Source: Kiloniella sp. (GTDB lineage: Bacteria > Pseudomonadota > Alphaproteobacteria > Kiloniellales > Kiloniellaceae). Taken from it: a DNA stretch of 64,000 nucleotides. Below are positions 51,550 through 60,207 of the stretch, piece by piece. Below the pieces are notes generated by a model, which was not told the origin of the DNA, ran no database searches, and worked only from the letters and a program-made list of their open reading frames with translations. The DNA is taken from positions 43,839 to 107,838 of the forward strand of contig NZ_JBLWTH010000008.1 in NCBI RefSeq assembly GCF_048270245.1, in the 5' to 3' direction. Numbering within the stretch: the first letter of the stretch is position 1; each line of letters begins with the position of its first letter. The position numbers and the translations under genes were made by a program.

Positions 51550-53160
51550 TTAACAAGTACCTTTGATCAATCCCGCACCGTAAATGGAATCTCGTCCGTG
51601 ATCACCCAAATCAATTACGGAAAAAGACAAGGCCCGAGATAATACCTGTCGTGACATTTTCGGATTATTTTTGAGGATAAGCGACGCAACAGCCAAGGCG
51701 TGTGGTGTCGCAAAGGATGTACCGGAAACATACCCGCCCTTATTCCCCGGCACAGCTGTCCAGATATCCACACCGGGGGCAGCATAATCAATAAAATCCC
51801 CCTGATTGGCATCGCGGTATATCTTGTGACGGGAATCAATGGCTGTAATTGAAAAGACCCCCTCTAAAGCTGCCGGGTAACTTACAGGTGCCTCAGGTCC
51901 TTGATTTCCAGCACTTGAGAAAACAAGGGCGCCTTTTTCTAGCGAAAGAACGAAACCTTTGTTTAACACCCTGTTCGGCACATCAGTACTAAGCGAAACA
52001 TTGATTAAACGCACATGATTTTCAAGCAGCCAATCCAGACCCTGTAATACCGCAACAGTACTCGCCAATTGATCCCCGGAATTGTTCAACCTTAAAACCA
52101 CCGCATTAAATAGCTGTGTTCCGGGTATCAGCCCTTGATAACCATTTTCTTGATTATTACCGATCAAGATAGATCCAATAGAAGTTGCATGACTAAGGTC
52201 AATCGTCTGATTACCCAAAAAATTACGCGATACAATGGCCTGTCCATCAAAAGCAGCGTGGTGCTGATCAATAGCACCATCCAGAAGACCAATGGGGAAA
52301 CCAAGCTGTGTTACCTGACACCCTTGATCCAGATCCCAACCAATCGCTTTTTGTGCATATAAACGAGGTTTTGCAGAAGACGTAAGATCATTATTAAAAT
52401 CAACCTCGGCATTTGGAAAAACAGTTCTCAGCTCTTGAATAACAGCCCCCGCGTTTGTAGATCGGGTCTGGATCAATACTGATTGTAAGGCATCAAGGTT
52501 GTAAACTTCGAGAACAGGTAAACGACGTCTTTGAAGTTCGGAACGAACTGCATTTTCCTGAGCACTATCAACCAGAATAATGACATCCTGTTCGATAGAG
52601 ACATCATTAACCACACTGGTTTCCGTTGGACAGATGCGTACACTTAAACCTGTTTTATCAAATACTTGGCGAGTACTCCTCTTAAAGAAAACAAGGTCAT
52701 ATTTTGTATTTAAATCAATACCCTTTTTAGGTAAATAACTTGAGATCAGAGTATTCTTTTTATTTAGAATATCCAACTCTATCAAATCATGAGTATTACT
52801 TAATCCCAAGCGATAGCTATTTGGAATATCGTCAAAGTTTTTGCCCTGAATGGTTAATATTGTGCCCGGGCGAACGCAGTTTGCTCTTATCCCGGAAAAG
52901 ATAATCTCATCAGATCGATTACCTGTCGGTCGGGACGTAACCGGATCATCAGTTACGGTCCGGGACTTTCCTGTAGATGTCGACGCCCCCGGTATTGGCC
53001 GAGTATTGGGTGTTGCCCTCGTACCTGGAGTGCCAGGTATCGGTGTCGTACCTGGTTCTTCACTCGCGGGATCAGCAGATGTTTGTGCGGGTAAATCCTG
53101 CGGTATTCCAATTGAAAGCAGCAAGAAAACGACGAGAGTTAGAGAATGGCGCAACATCAC
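51550..53160 (-). CDS. S8 subtilisin-family serine peptidase with signal peptide, P/T-rich linker, IPT-like domain and prodomain
   Basis: Triad LLDG / HATSI / SGTSFATP; oxyanion SAGN; IDYAAPGVDIW; DLGDHGRD..YGAG. Confidence 0.92.
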   Translation of the reverse strand: MMLRHSLTLVVFLLLSIGIPQDLPAQTSADPASEEPGTTPIPGTPGTRATPNTRPIPGASTSTGKSRTVTDDPVTSRPTGNRSDEIIFSGIRANCVRPGTILTIQGKNFDDIPNSYRLGLSNTHDLIELDILNKKNTLISSYLPKKGIDLNTKYDLVFFKRSTRQVFDKTGLSVRICPTETSVVNDVSIEQDVIILVDSAQENAVRSELQRRRLPVLEVYNLDALQSVLIQTRSTNAGAVIQELRTVFPNAEVDFNNDLTSSAKPRLYAQKAIGWDLDQGCQVTQLGFPIGLLDGAIDQHHAAFDGQAIVSRNFLGNQTIDLSHATSIGSILIGNNQENGYQGLIPGTQLFNAVVLRLNNSGDQLASTVAVLQGLDWLLENHVRLINVSLSTDVPNRVLNKGFVLSLEKGALVFSSAGNQGPEAPVSYPAALEGVFSITAIDSRHKIYRDANQGDFIDYAAPGVDIWTAVPGNKGGYVSGTSFATPHALAVASLILKNNPKMSRQVLSRALSFSVIDLGDHGRDSIYGAGLIKGTC

Positions 53161-53774
53161 TTCCCACCACTTTCCCCGCCGTTACGTTGTACGGTTTCAA
53201 CCAGATTTTTGTGCGCTTGAAGCTTGGCGATAACAGCTTCAGGATCTTTTGATACAGCCAGCTTATAAACGCCCAGAGATGAAGGGCCATCAATAATACG
53301 AGCATCAACAGCCAATAAAAGTTCGCGAATATTTTCTTCACGTGCCTCTGGAACAAAAGTAACCGACAGCACTGGACCACGGATATAGGCGGCATTACCA
53401 CCACTCGCAGCAACCAAGTCTTTGTTGTTTTGCCACAAGGGCACAACATAAGCCGTCTGGACAAGCAACATAAAACAGGCTGCAACCGCTGCTATCCGCC
53501 ACACCTTATTTTTGATATTATCATTTTGAGGTAAACGTCCGCCCCGTGCTGTTTGCTCTTTTGCAAGATCACGTTGCAAACGCTTCAGACCAAGCTGACC
53601 AGGCGAGCTTTCATGTGTTTGATTTTGAACTTCGTCTCTCAGGTTTTCCAGAAAAGCACATTCATCTCGAAGAGCTTTATCTTGGCTCAAAGCTTTTTTA
53701 ACCGCCTCAAGATCTTCCCCCTGAAGACTACCATTCACATAGAATGGTAAGAGTTCTGAGATTTCCTTTTTCAT
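53157..53774 (-). CDS. Transmembrane anti-sigma factor
   Basis: ELLPFYVNGSL anti-sigma-domain start without HxxxCxxC; one TM (IAAVAACFMLLV); directly follows the ECF gene. Start ATG 53774. Confidence 0.85.
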   Translation of the reverse strand: MKKEISELLPFYVNGSLQGEDLEAVKKALSQDKALRDECAFLENLRDEVQNQTHESSPGQLGLKRLQRDLAKEQTARGGRLPQNDNIKNKVWRIAAVAACFMLLVQTAYVVPLWQNNKDLVAASGGNAAYIRGPVLSVTFVPEAREENIRELLLAVDARIIDGPSSLGVYKLAVSKDPEAVIAKLQAHKNLVETVQRNGGESGGK

Positions 53775-53776
53775 GT

Positions 53777-54328
53777 TCAGCCTCCCATACGGTTGGACAG
53801 GCAACGTTTCATTGCCTGTTTGGCATGGAACATACGGGTCTTAACGGTGTTTTCCGGGCAGTCTACAATCAGTGCAATTTCTGAATAAGGAAGGTCTTCG
53901 AAAAATGCCAGTTGCATCACGGCACGGTGTACTGCTTTTAAGGTATCAAGACAGAACTTGATATGATCACTTTTTTCAGCAGTCAAAAGACATGCCATAG
54001 CATCCGGACTATCATCCGCCGTTTCAGGAAAGTTGTCGCTATCCATTGGTATGTCTGTTTTCTTACGCATCCGATCCACCGTCTTGAAGTATGCTATTCC
54101 AAATAGCCAGGTTGATACTTTAGAACGCCCCTCAAAGGTTTCGGCTTTACGCCATACCTCTAAAAAGGTTTCATTTAGTATGTCGGCGGCTTCGAATGAA
54201 TCGTTCAATTTTGATTTAATAAAAAGATACAGTCGTTTTTCAAACAGATGATAAAAATCAGCAAAGGCGGTTTCATCGCCTTTGCTGACACGTTGAAGAA
54301 GAGAATATGCTGTATCGTTTTCGGTCAT
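53777..54328 (-). CDS. ECF RNA polymerase sigma factor
   Basis: Region 2 (ADILNETFLEVWRKAETFEGRSKVSTWLFGIA) and region 4 (LPYSEIALIVDCPENTVKTRMFHAK). Confidence 0.95.
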   Translation of the reverse strand: MTENDTAYSLLQRVSKGDETAFADFYHLFEKRLYLFIKSKLNDSFEAADILNETFLEVWRKAETFEGRSKVSTWLFGIAYFKTVDRMRKKTDIPMDSDNFPETADDSPDAMACLLTAEKSDHIKFCLDTLKAVHRAVMQLAFFEDLPYSEIALIVDCPENTVKTRMFHAKQAMKRCLSNRMGG

Positions 54329-54337
54329 TAATAATCC

Positions 54338-55531
54338 CTATGGCATATACAACAATTGACGTGGTGAGGAGCCGATAACGCGCCCACTTTTATCAAAAGC
54401 ACGTAATCGCCAATCATAACTTTCCCCTGAATTCAGATTGTCCAAGGAAAAAGCAGAAAGTTTAAGTTTCAAATCCTGAGCGGAAACAACTTTTCCAGAA
54501 ACAACTTCGTCATGTCCCGGAGTAAGTATTTCTACCTGATAGGCAAGTGCACCGGGGACATTTTCCCACGCGAAAACTGTATCCTGATTGACACGGGCAC
54601 CGTTTCCTGGGCTCAAGGCCGTCAAATTATCAGCTGGCCTTTTTGTCGAAGTTTCGAGAACAAAATACCTCAACACAGGTAATTCGGTAATGCCTTCAGC
54701 ATTTTCGACACTAAAGGTTAGCAAATAAAGGCCATTTTTTGTTGTCGGTAATGCCGGGCTTACTATCCTCGTTCTGCCCTGCCCCGAACTCACAACCTGT
54801 TGTCGCACAACCTGTAGAATACGACCTCGCGCACTTCCAAGACTTGCTGTGGGGTCAATAATACGCCATTCGCCCTTTAGAAGACCGCTACTTCTGAAAT
54901 TTATCTCCGCAATGGCTCGTCTCGTATCTCCTTTGGCGATAACGTCTGTTCTAGCATCATTATCAAAACGAAGATCAATACGATTTATACTGAGCGCTCC
55001 CCCCTGACCAGAACCAGCAAAAACAGAAAGTCGCGCCAAGCCTGTTGTTTGCGTATCTGTAAAGGTTCTGGATATCAAAACCGATCCCGCGGGGGCTTCG
55101 GCTATTTTTCGAGCAAGAGCTGAAGAGATTGAGAGAACCTCACTAAAGCGCAACGTTTCACTTTGGGCAGGATTCAAAGTTGACTGTCGAAGCAAAGTAC
55201 CACCAAGCGTCGCGACATTGGTGCCATTAATTTGAAGAATAGCATTTGTCGAACTAACCGGAACTGTTGCCGGAGCTGTTGGCTCTAGCCTTGTAACATT
55301 CCATGTTAACGAAAGGGCAGATGCACCTTTGACATGAACATTAGCGCGTTTGGGCGTCACCGTAACCGAAGTTACATTCGCCTCTGCTATCATTGGGACG
55401 GTCAGTCCAGCTCCGGATATAATACCCGAAACAAAAACCGCTTTAATAGCTAAGCGAAAATGGCGCTTTAACGCGCAAAACCATGTAGGCCTGATACTCT
55501 GTTTCATTTTGGGCACTATCTGCGTTTCCAT
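54338..55531 (-). CDS. Exported multi-Ig/FN3-like hypothetical protein
   Basis: Signal-like segment ending AEA; FN3-like C-terminus (FAWENVPGALAYQVEI...YDWRLRAFD). Start uncertain because it overlaps the upstream gene. Confidence 0.75.
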   Translation of the reverse strand: METQIVPKMKQSIRPTWFCALKRHFRLAIKAVFVSGIISGAGLTVPMIAEANVTSVTVTPKRANVHVKGASALSLTWNVTRLEPTAPATVPVSSTNAILQINGTNVATLGGTLLRQSTLNPAQSETLRFSEVLSISSALARKIAEAPAGSVLISRTFTDTQTTGLARLSVFAGSGQGGALSINRIDLRFDNDARTDVIAKGDTRRAIAEINFRSSGLLKGEWRIIDPTASLGSARGRILQVVRQQVVSSGQGRTRIVSPALPTTKNGLYLLTFSVENAEGITELPVLRYFVLETSTKRPADNLTALSPGNGARVNQDTVFAWENVPGALAYQVEILTPGHDEVVSGKVVSAQDLKLKLSAFSLDNLNSGESYDWRLRAFDKSGRVIGSSPRQLLYMP

Positions 55532-57530
55532 TGAATTCCTCCATTGATCCTCTTAGGGCCAATGCCAAACCAGGGCGATTGGTGCGAGGTTGAAGGAAAG
55601 TCCATTCTACCTCGCTATTAACGATATGACTATCAGATGAGTCGCCACTACCATTCGCAAGGTTCAAATTATAATCAAAATTTAACTCAACTTTTTCTGG
55701 AACAAGTTCCGCTGTCGCCCCTAAATACAGGTTTGTGCTGAAACTGTTTTTATTTGTATCAAGGTCTTCAAACACGCCAAACTGGGTACCACCGTTAAGT
55801 TGCAGTCTATCAGAAACAGTCCAGCCAACATCCAAACCCGTCAAATTGTTAACTGTGTCGCTGGAAATATTTGTATAATCATCAAAACGTGAATAGCTAT
55901 GCGATAAAGACCAATACCATACATCGTAGCTTGATCCTCCGCCCAATGTAATTGACGAAGATAAATTATCTGTATCTCCGCCCTCATAACCATTTGGCGT
56001 TTTAACACGTTCCAAACTGGCAAAGTAACTGTTCATATATAAATAAGGGGTTCCTAACCATTCCCTTGATCCAGTCTGTTGATCAAAAGAATAGTTCATC
56101 CCAAAATCAATACTTTTCAAGCGATCAGTTGGAACGTTCGCGAGACCATCTACATTGTTGGTTTCATGCAAGGCATAGATATTCGCAGATAAAGCGCCCC
56201 AATAAAGATTACTGAAAGCAGTATAGGCATCGCGATCTGATATCATGCCAGGGTTAGCCAGACTTTCAAAGAAAGTATCAACACGGTCATAGCCAAAACC
56301 AACATCAATATTAAGTAGGTCATCACCAATGACGGGCCCTTCATCAAACAATCGATGATCTATCAGTAGTGATACAGCGTCGCTGCTGTCTTTGGGGGCA
56401 TCACCATGATCTCCATCTTGATCAAATAGTGTATGTGCATATTGCGCTTTTAATCTTGTTCTTTGATGACCAAAGCTCTTTTCAACACCGATCCCCCAGC
56501 CAGAACCAGATGCAGAACTATCCAGATCTGAAAGACCAATACCGCTTCCCTCCCCCAAACCATCATAATAGGTGCCCGTTAATTTCAACGCGTCCACATC
56601 AGTTGCAAAGGGTTTTACCGACAGACTAACACCTTTAACACGGTTTTCCGTACTGTTAAGACCAGTCATATCAGCCGCCCCAGAAACGGACTCAGCCCCG
56701 AATGCAAAGCCTTGTGCCTCTACCCTGCTATCACTTGTCCCAATTCGCGCAGAAACACCCCGACGATAAAAGTCTGAAACAAGGAGATTTTCCAGCCCTG
56801 TATCATGGTGCCCCAGTGAAAAGCCACCTGTCAGAGTATCTCCCTGATAATCTGCATTTACGTCATATTCACCCAAATCGATCGTACGTTCTGTCTGCGC
56901 AAAATCGACATCACTTTGTACTAAATAATTCGCATGGGCATCGACCGTCCATTTTCCAGCGGTAAAACCTGAGTTAACATCGCCACTACCCGATAAAGTA
57001 GAACGATTGGTTGCATGTCCAATATTTTGCTGCACGACACGTCGACTGAATTCGGTGAGCGTATCAGCCCGAAAATAAGCCGAACGAAGTAAACGTTCAG
57101 CCATTTCAATCTCAGGGTTGCTTGCACTTAAATCAGAAACATTACCAGCCGATCCTGTGCCATCGCCAGTTATAGTAAAAGTCCATTTCTGCCTTATCTC
57201 TGACGAACCGTCAGGGTTTAGCATTACCAATTTCAATGTGTGTTCATTTCCCTCAAGGGCTTGAAGTGGCTTGTATATAAAATCAACCCCATCAAGGGAA
57301 AGAAGTGACGTAATATCAATACCGTCCAACTCGACACCAAGTTGTGTCAGAGTTATCACATCCAAATCATCCGGAAGATCTATTCGTATTTTTGCATCAG
57401 ATGTTTCTGGTGGTGTAAAATCTGCAATCCAATCGGCCAAGCTTGATTGAACGCATAAAAACGGCAAAAATATTGCCGCTATCAGCGTACCCAAACCATA
57501 TCGATTTTTTTTTCGTTTTTTCAAACGCAC
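55443..57530 (-). CDS. Probable outer-membrane beta-barrel protein with N-terminal Ig-like domain
   Basis: GTG 57530 gives a Lys-rich signal ending SLA; Ig-like segment (VELDGIDIT...HTLKL...WTFTI); many alternating aromatic/Gly strands; terminal aromatic residue (FSLSY). Confidence 0.75.
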   Translation of the reverse strand: MRLKKRKKNRYGLGTLIAAIFLPFLCVQSSLADWIADFTPPETSDAKIRIDLPDDLDVITLTQLGVELDGIDITSLLSLDGVDFIYKPLQALEGNEHTLKLVMLNPDGSSEIRQKWTFTITGDGTGSAGNVSDLSASNPEIEMAERLLRSAYFRADTLTEFSRRVVQQNIGHATNRSTLSGSGDVNSGFTAGKWTVDAHANYLVQSDVDFAQTERTIDLGEYDVNADYQGDTLTGGFSLGHHDTGLENLLVSDFYRRGVSARIGTSDSRVEAQGFAFGAESVSGAADMTGLNSTENRVKGVSLSVKPFATDVDALKLTGTYYDGLGEGSGIGLSDLDSSASGSGWGIGVEKSFGHQRTRLKAQYAHTLFDQDGDHGDAPKDSSDAVSLLIDHRLFDEGPVIGDDLLNIDVGFGYDRVDTFFESLANPGMISDRDAYTAFSNLYWGALSANIYALHETNNVDGLANVPTDRLKSIDFGMNYSFDQQTGSREWLGTPYLYMNSYFASLERVKTPNGYEGGDTDNLSSSITLGGGSSYDVWYWSLSHSYSRFDDYTNISSDTVNNLTGLDVGWTVSDRLQLNGGTQFGVFEDLDTNKNSFSTNLYLGATAELVPEKVELNFDYNLNLANGSGDSSDSHIVNSEVEWTFLQPRTNRPGLALALRGSMEEFNGNADSAQNETEYQAYMVLRVKAPFSLSY

Positions 57531-57612
57531 GCCTGATATTCTCCAAGGCAGACTTCGTACAATTTTACACCAAGATACTATAGAAATCAGTAATTTGAAC
57601 AATAATCCAAAG

Positions 57613-57628
57613 TGTATCAATTGTATCA
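57613..57628. promoter_or_regulatory. Direct-repeat box copy 1 (putative response-regulator site)
   Basis: TGTATCAATTGTATCA; near-identical copies at 59294 and 63266. Confidence 0.55.
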
Positions 57629-57656
57629 GTAAAAGCTGAATTCATTTTCAACGACA

Positions 57657-57695
57657 TAAGAAAAGAGCAGCAGGACCTTATTTTAGACCCTGCTA
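57657..57695 (-). terminator. Rho-independent terminator after the exported-protein gene
   Basis: Minus strand GCAGGGTCT-AAAATA-AGGTCCTGC then TGCTCTTTTCTT; stem includes two G-U pairs. Confidence 0.6.
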
Positions 57696-57713
57696 CATTT
57701 ACTTCACTTTCGT

Positions 57714-59063
57714 TTATTGAGGTGTCTGAATTATCAGGCGTTTGGGTCTTTCAGTTTCTTGTGTTGCTTTACCAAGGGGAGCCCTTTGCGGCTTTTTCTG
57801 CACAGTACCACGTGTATCTGGCATAGTGTCGCTCCCCTGATTTTGATAACCACCCAGTTTGGCATTACTACCATTTACAGTTACCTGAGGTGTACAACGA
57901 TGCTTGAAAGTCGCTGAACCAAACTCTTTCCAAGGCCCATAACTATCACTGTTTTGATCTTTGACTTGAGCTTCAATCGTCATCGCATGTTCATAGGTTT
58001 TATTGATTGTGTTCCACCATTTGAATTGTTGATGATTGTACATTTTTTCAATCAAGGGATAATCAAAATCAAAGTGCCTGTTTATCTGGCTCTCTGAATC
58101 GTAACTGCCCAAATAGATGTTTGGCAGTACAAAATTTCCTTCACTGTTTTTCACATCAATTTTAAAACGGACCGTTCCCTTACCTGCCCCTTTGTAGTTC
58201 ACACGAATTTTAGGGTTAGGCGTCCCTTCGGAACATTTTCCAATATGATGTGGCATGTTTGGCTGAAAAGTTGCCTGATTTAAAAGCAAAGATTGATTGT
58301 TGTTATACTGTGGATTATTGCCCACCTGTCCCAATTGAGCATTCAAAATAGGCTTATCGGTTATAGCGGAGTCACCTTTATATTTGACTTGAATAGTAAA
58401 ATTTTTGGTCTCAAAGCCAGCTTTCCATGGGCTGTGACCTGGCGAGAGATATTTTCTGCACCACCCCGCAAGAGAAACAGGCCTTTGCAGAACGATTTCC
58501 TGATCGTTTTTATAAAAATCTGCTTTCGATCCACCACCTTGTAGGTGGGATTGTAATTTTTTATTGATTTCTTCCAAGGGATCAACGCGAACAGCCGGAT
58601 GGCCATTTTTAATTTGATTTAAAGGAACTGTGAAACTCTCATCACCATCCGTCCCCTCTGTTACCCACTTACCCAAGCCAATGCGGCTTTTATGACTAAC
58701 TTCATAGGAACTTTGATACAGTGCTGCATTATCATTGATGTCATCAACAAACATACCGAGAGGGCCAAAATAAATCTTGGCCTCTTTAAAATCTATTTTT
58801 TTATCATCGCCACACTGTACAAAACCATCGGCTTCGATCTCAATGGATGATTCCTGTATCTGTAAATTGACATTGTTTACAGACTTACTTCCTGAAGTAT
58901 TCTTGACATTAATAACCGCGGCATACCCCGGAAAGTTCAGATCTACATTCTGAACGTACTCAGAGTTTCCACTAGATGCCGCAAAGACAGTGCTTGAAAT
59001 GATAGCACTCGTCCCAAGTGCAGCAGCGCTTACGCCAAGAAGTAACTTTTGAAACTTATTCAT
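57714..59063 (-). CDS. Exported beta-rich hypothetical protein (~449 aa, 4 Cys)
   Basis: AGGAG SD before ATG 59063; Sec signal ending VFA; own promoter and terminator. Confidence 0.85.
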   Translation of the reverse strand: MNKFQKLLLGVSAAALGTSAIISSTVFAASSGNSEYVQNVDLNFPGYAAVINVKNTSGSKSVNNVNLQIQESSIEIEADGFVQCGDDKKIDFKEAKIYFGPLGMFVDDINDNAALYQSSYEVSHKSRIGLGKWVTEGTDGDESFTVPLNQIKNGHPAVRVDPLEEINKKLQSHLQGGGSKADFYKNDQEIVLQRPVSLAGWCRKYLSPGHSPWKAGFETKNFTIQVKYKGDSAITDKPILNAQLGQVGNNPQYNNNQSLLLNQATFQPNMPHHIGKCSEGTPNPKIRVNYKGAGKGTVRFKIDVKNSEGNFVLPNIYLGSYDSESQINRHFDFDYPLIEKMYNHQQFKWWNTINKTYEHAMTIEAQVKDQNSDSYGPWKEFGSATFKHRCTPQVTVNGSNAKLGGYQNQGSDTMPDTRGTVQKKPQRAPLGKATQETERPKRLIIQTPQ

Positions 59064-59121
59064 TTTGTTCTCCTGTATTGTCACTCACTGTTTCGAGTAA
59101 CCCGATGTTGTCGTTACAGGG

Positions 59122-59150
59122 TCTGACGCAATAAGAACGGGAAAGGTTCA
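59122..59150 (-). promoter_or_regulatory. ECF-type promoter
   Basis: TGAACC-N16-CGTCAGA with AT-rich upstream sequence, about 60 nt before the start codon. Confidence 0.7.
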
Positions 59151-59293
59151 AAATAAATAATTTTTATTTCAGATAGTCCCATTTAAGCTATCTCGTTGTT
59201 CTCAATACAGACACCATGATGTACAGAAATTCTATCCCGTTCATCGATGAAAAATAATTTAAACGATTTTGGTATCTGCATTATTTCAGGAAA

Positions 59294-59309
59294 AGTATCG
59301 ATTGTATCA
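59294..59309. promoter_or_regulatory. Direct-repeat box copy 2
   Basis: AGTATCGATTGTATCA, 14/16 identical to copy 1. Confidence 0.45.
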
Positions 59310-59369
59310 AACAGAAGAATGGCACTGTGATATGACCTGCCTTAAACCCAGAGCATAAATAATTAAATT

Positions 59370-59395
59370 TGAACCTGGCTGACCGTCCCTACGAC
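59370..59395 (+). promoter_or_regulatory. ECF-type promoter, divergent
   Basis: TGAACC-N16-CGAC preceded by an AT-rich tract. Confidence 0.6.
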
Positions 59396-59443
59396 CAACT
59401 TCTATCAACGAATTGGAACAACGATTAAACAGGACATCAGAAA

Positions 59444-59665
59444 ATGCCTATTACTCACCTTCAGGATCGCCCCCGAAAAACAGAATTACACATGGGCAAT
59501 ACTATAGTCTTTTCTGACCTATTTGATGATATTATTCCCACCTCCTCCTCTCATAAGGACACACCTTCCTCATTTGGAAACCACAGACAGTTACTTGATA
59601 ATAATACACAACTCTATCTTGCAGCGAACTTGATAAACCTTCACGAAGCACCCATTAATCTGTAA
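59444..59665 (+). CDS. Possible small hypothetical protein (73 aa)
   Basis: AGGA SD and an ECF-like promoter upstream; no recognisable motif. Confidence 0.25.
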   Translation: MPITHLQDRPRKTELHMGNTIVFSDLFDDIIPTSSSHKDTPSSFGNHRQLLDNNTQLYLAANLINLHEAPINL

Positions 59666-59697
59666 ACTTTTCATAGATATGAAAGTAAAGGCTTCCT

Positions 59698-60183
59698 ATG
59701 CTTAAAAGCCTCATATTTATCGGGTTACTTGTAAGTTCAGTTGGTTTTCACTCCATCAAAGGACATGCCAACGCGCAAAAACCTGCCCTGAAAGATCTAA
59801 GCCAAGTATGTGAAGCCGACAGGTACAACCAACCTATCGGGGAATTTTCCGTCGATGTTTATTGCGATGATACCCCCATAATCGGCCCCTATAGCCTCAC
59901 CCAAAGGACATGGCAAGGCGGTGACTGGGCTTTTTCTATCACCAGTTTTATGTGGGGAAATGACAGAAAATCACTTTACGTTGCAACAGAAGGATATAAT
60001 GGAACAGGCAAAGCCTATTACCTAGATATCGAGACACAAACCAGCCAAGAAGTTTGGTCAACTTCTCCCGGTGACTGTGGCAGCGTATTAACAGGAATGA
60101 ATGATAAGAACATCACGCTAGCAACAATTCCCTGCGATGGAAAACAACCCCGAAACATAGAGATCACGATACCTAAGAATTAG
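59698..60183 (+). CDS. Exported hypothetical protein (161 aa, 4 Cys)
   Basis: Signal peptide ending ANA; beta-propeller-blade-like segment (FMWGNDRKSLYVAT...AYYLDI). Confidence 0.65.
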   Translation: MLKSLIFIGLLVSSVGFHSIKGHANAQKPALKDLSQVCEADRYNQPIGEFSVDVYCDDTPIIGPYSLTQRTWQGGDWAFSITSFMWGNDRKSLYVATEGYNGTGKAYYLDIETQTSQEVWSTSPGDCGSVLTGMNDKNITLATIPCDGKQPRNIEITIPKN

Positions 60184-60207
60184 TTCTGATTTATTCTTTA
60201 TACCCAA

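Noticed and set aside
57505-57521. A9/A6 homopolymers near the start of the barrel gene as a phase-variation switch
   Set aside because: Explained by the Lys-rich signal n-region (KKRKKNR); the tracts are short and the frame is intact.
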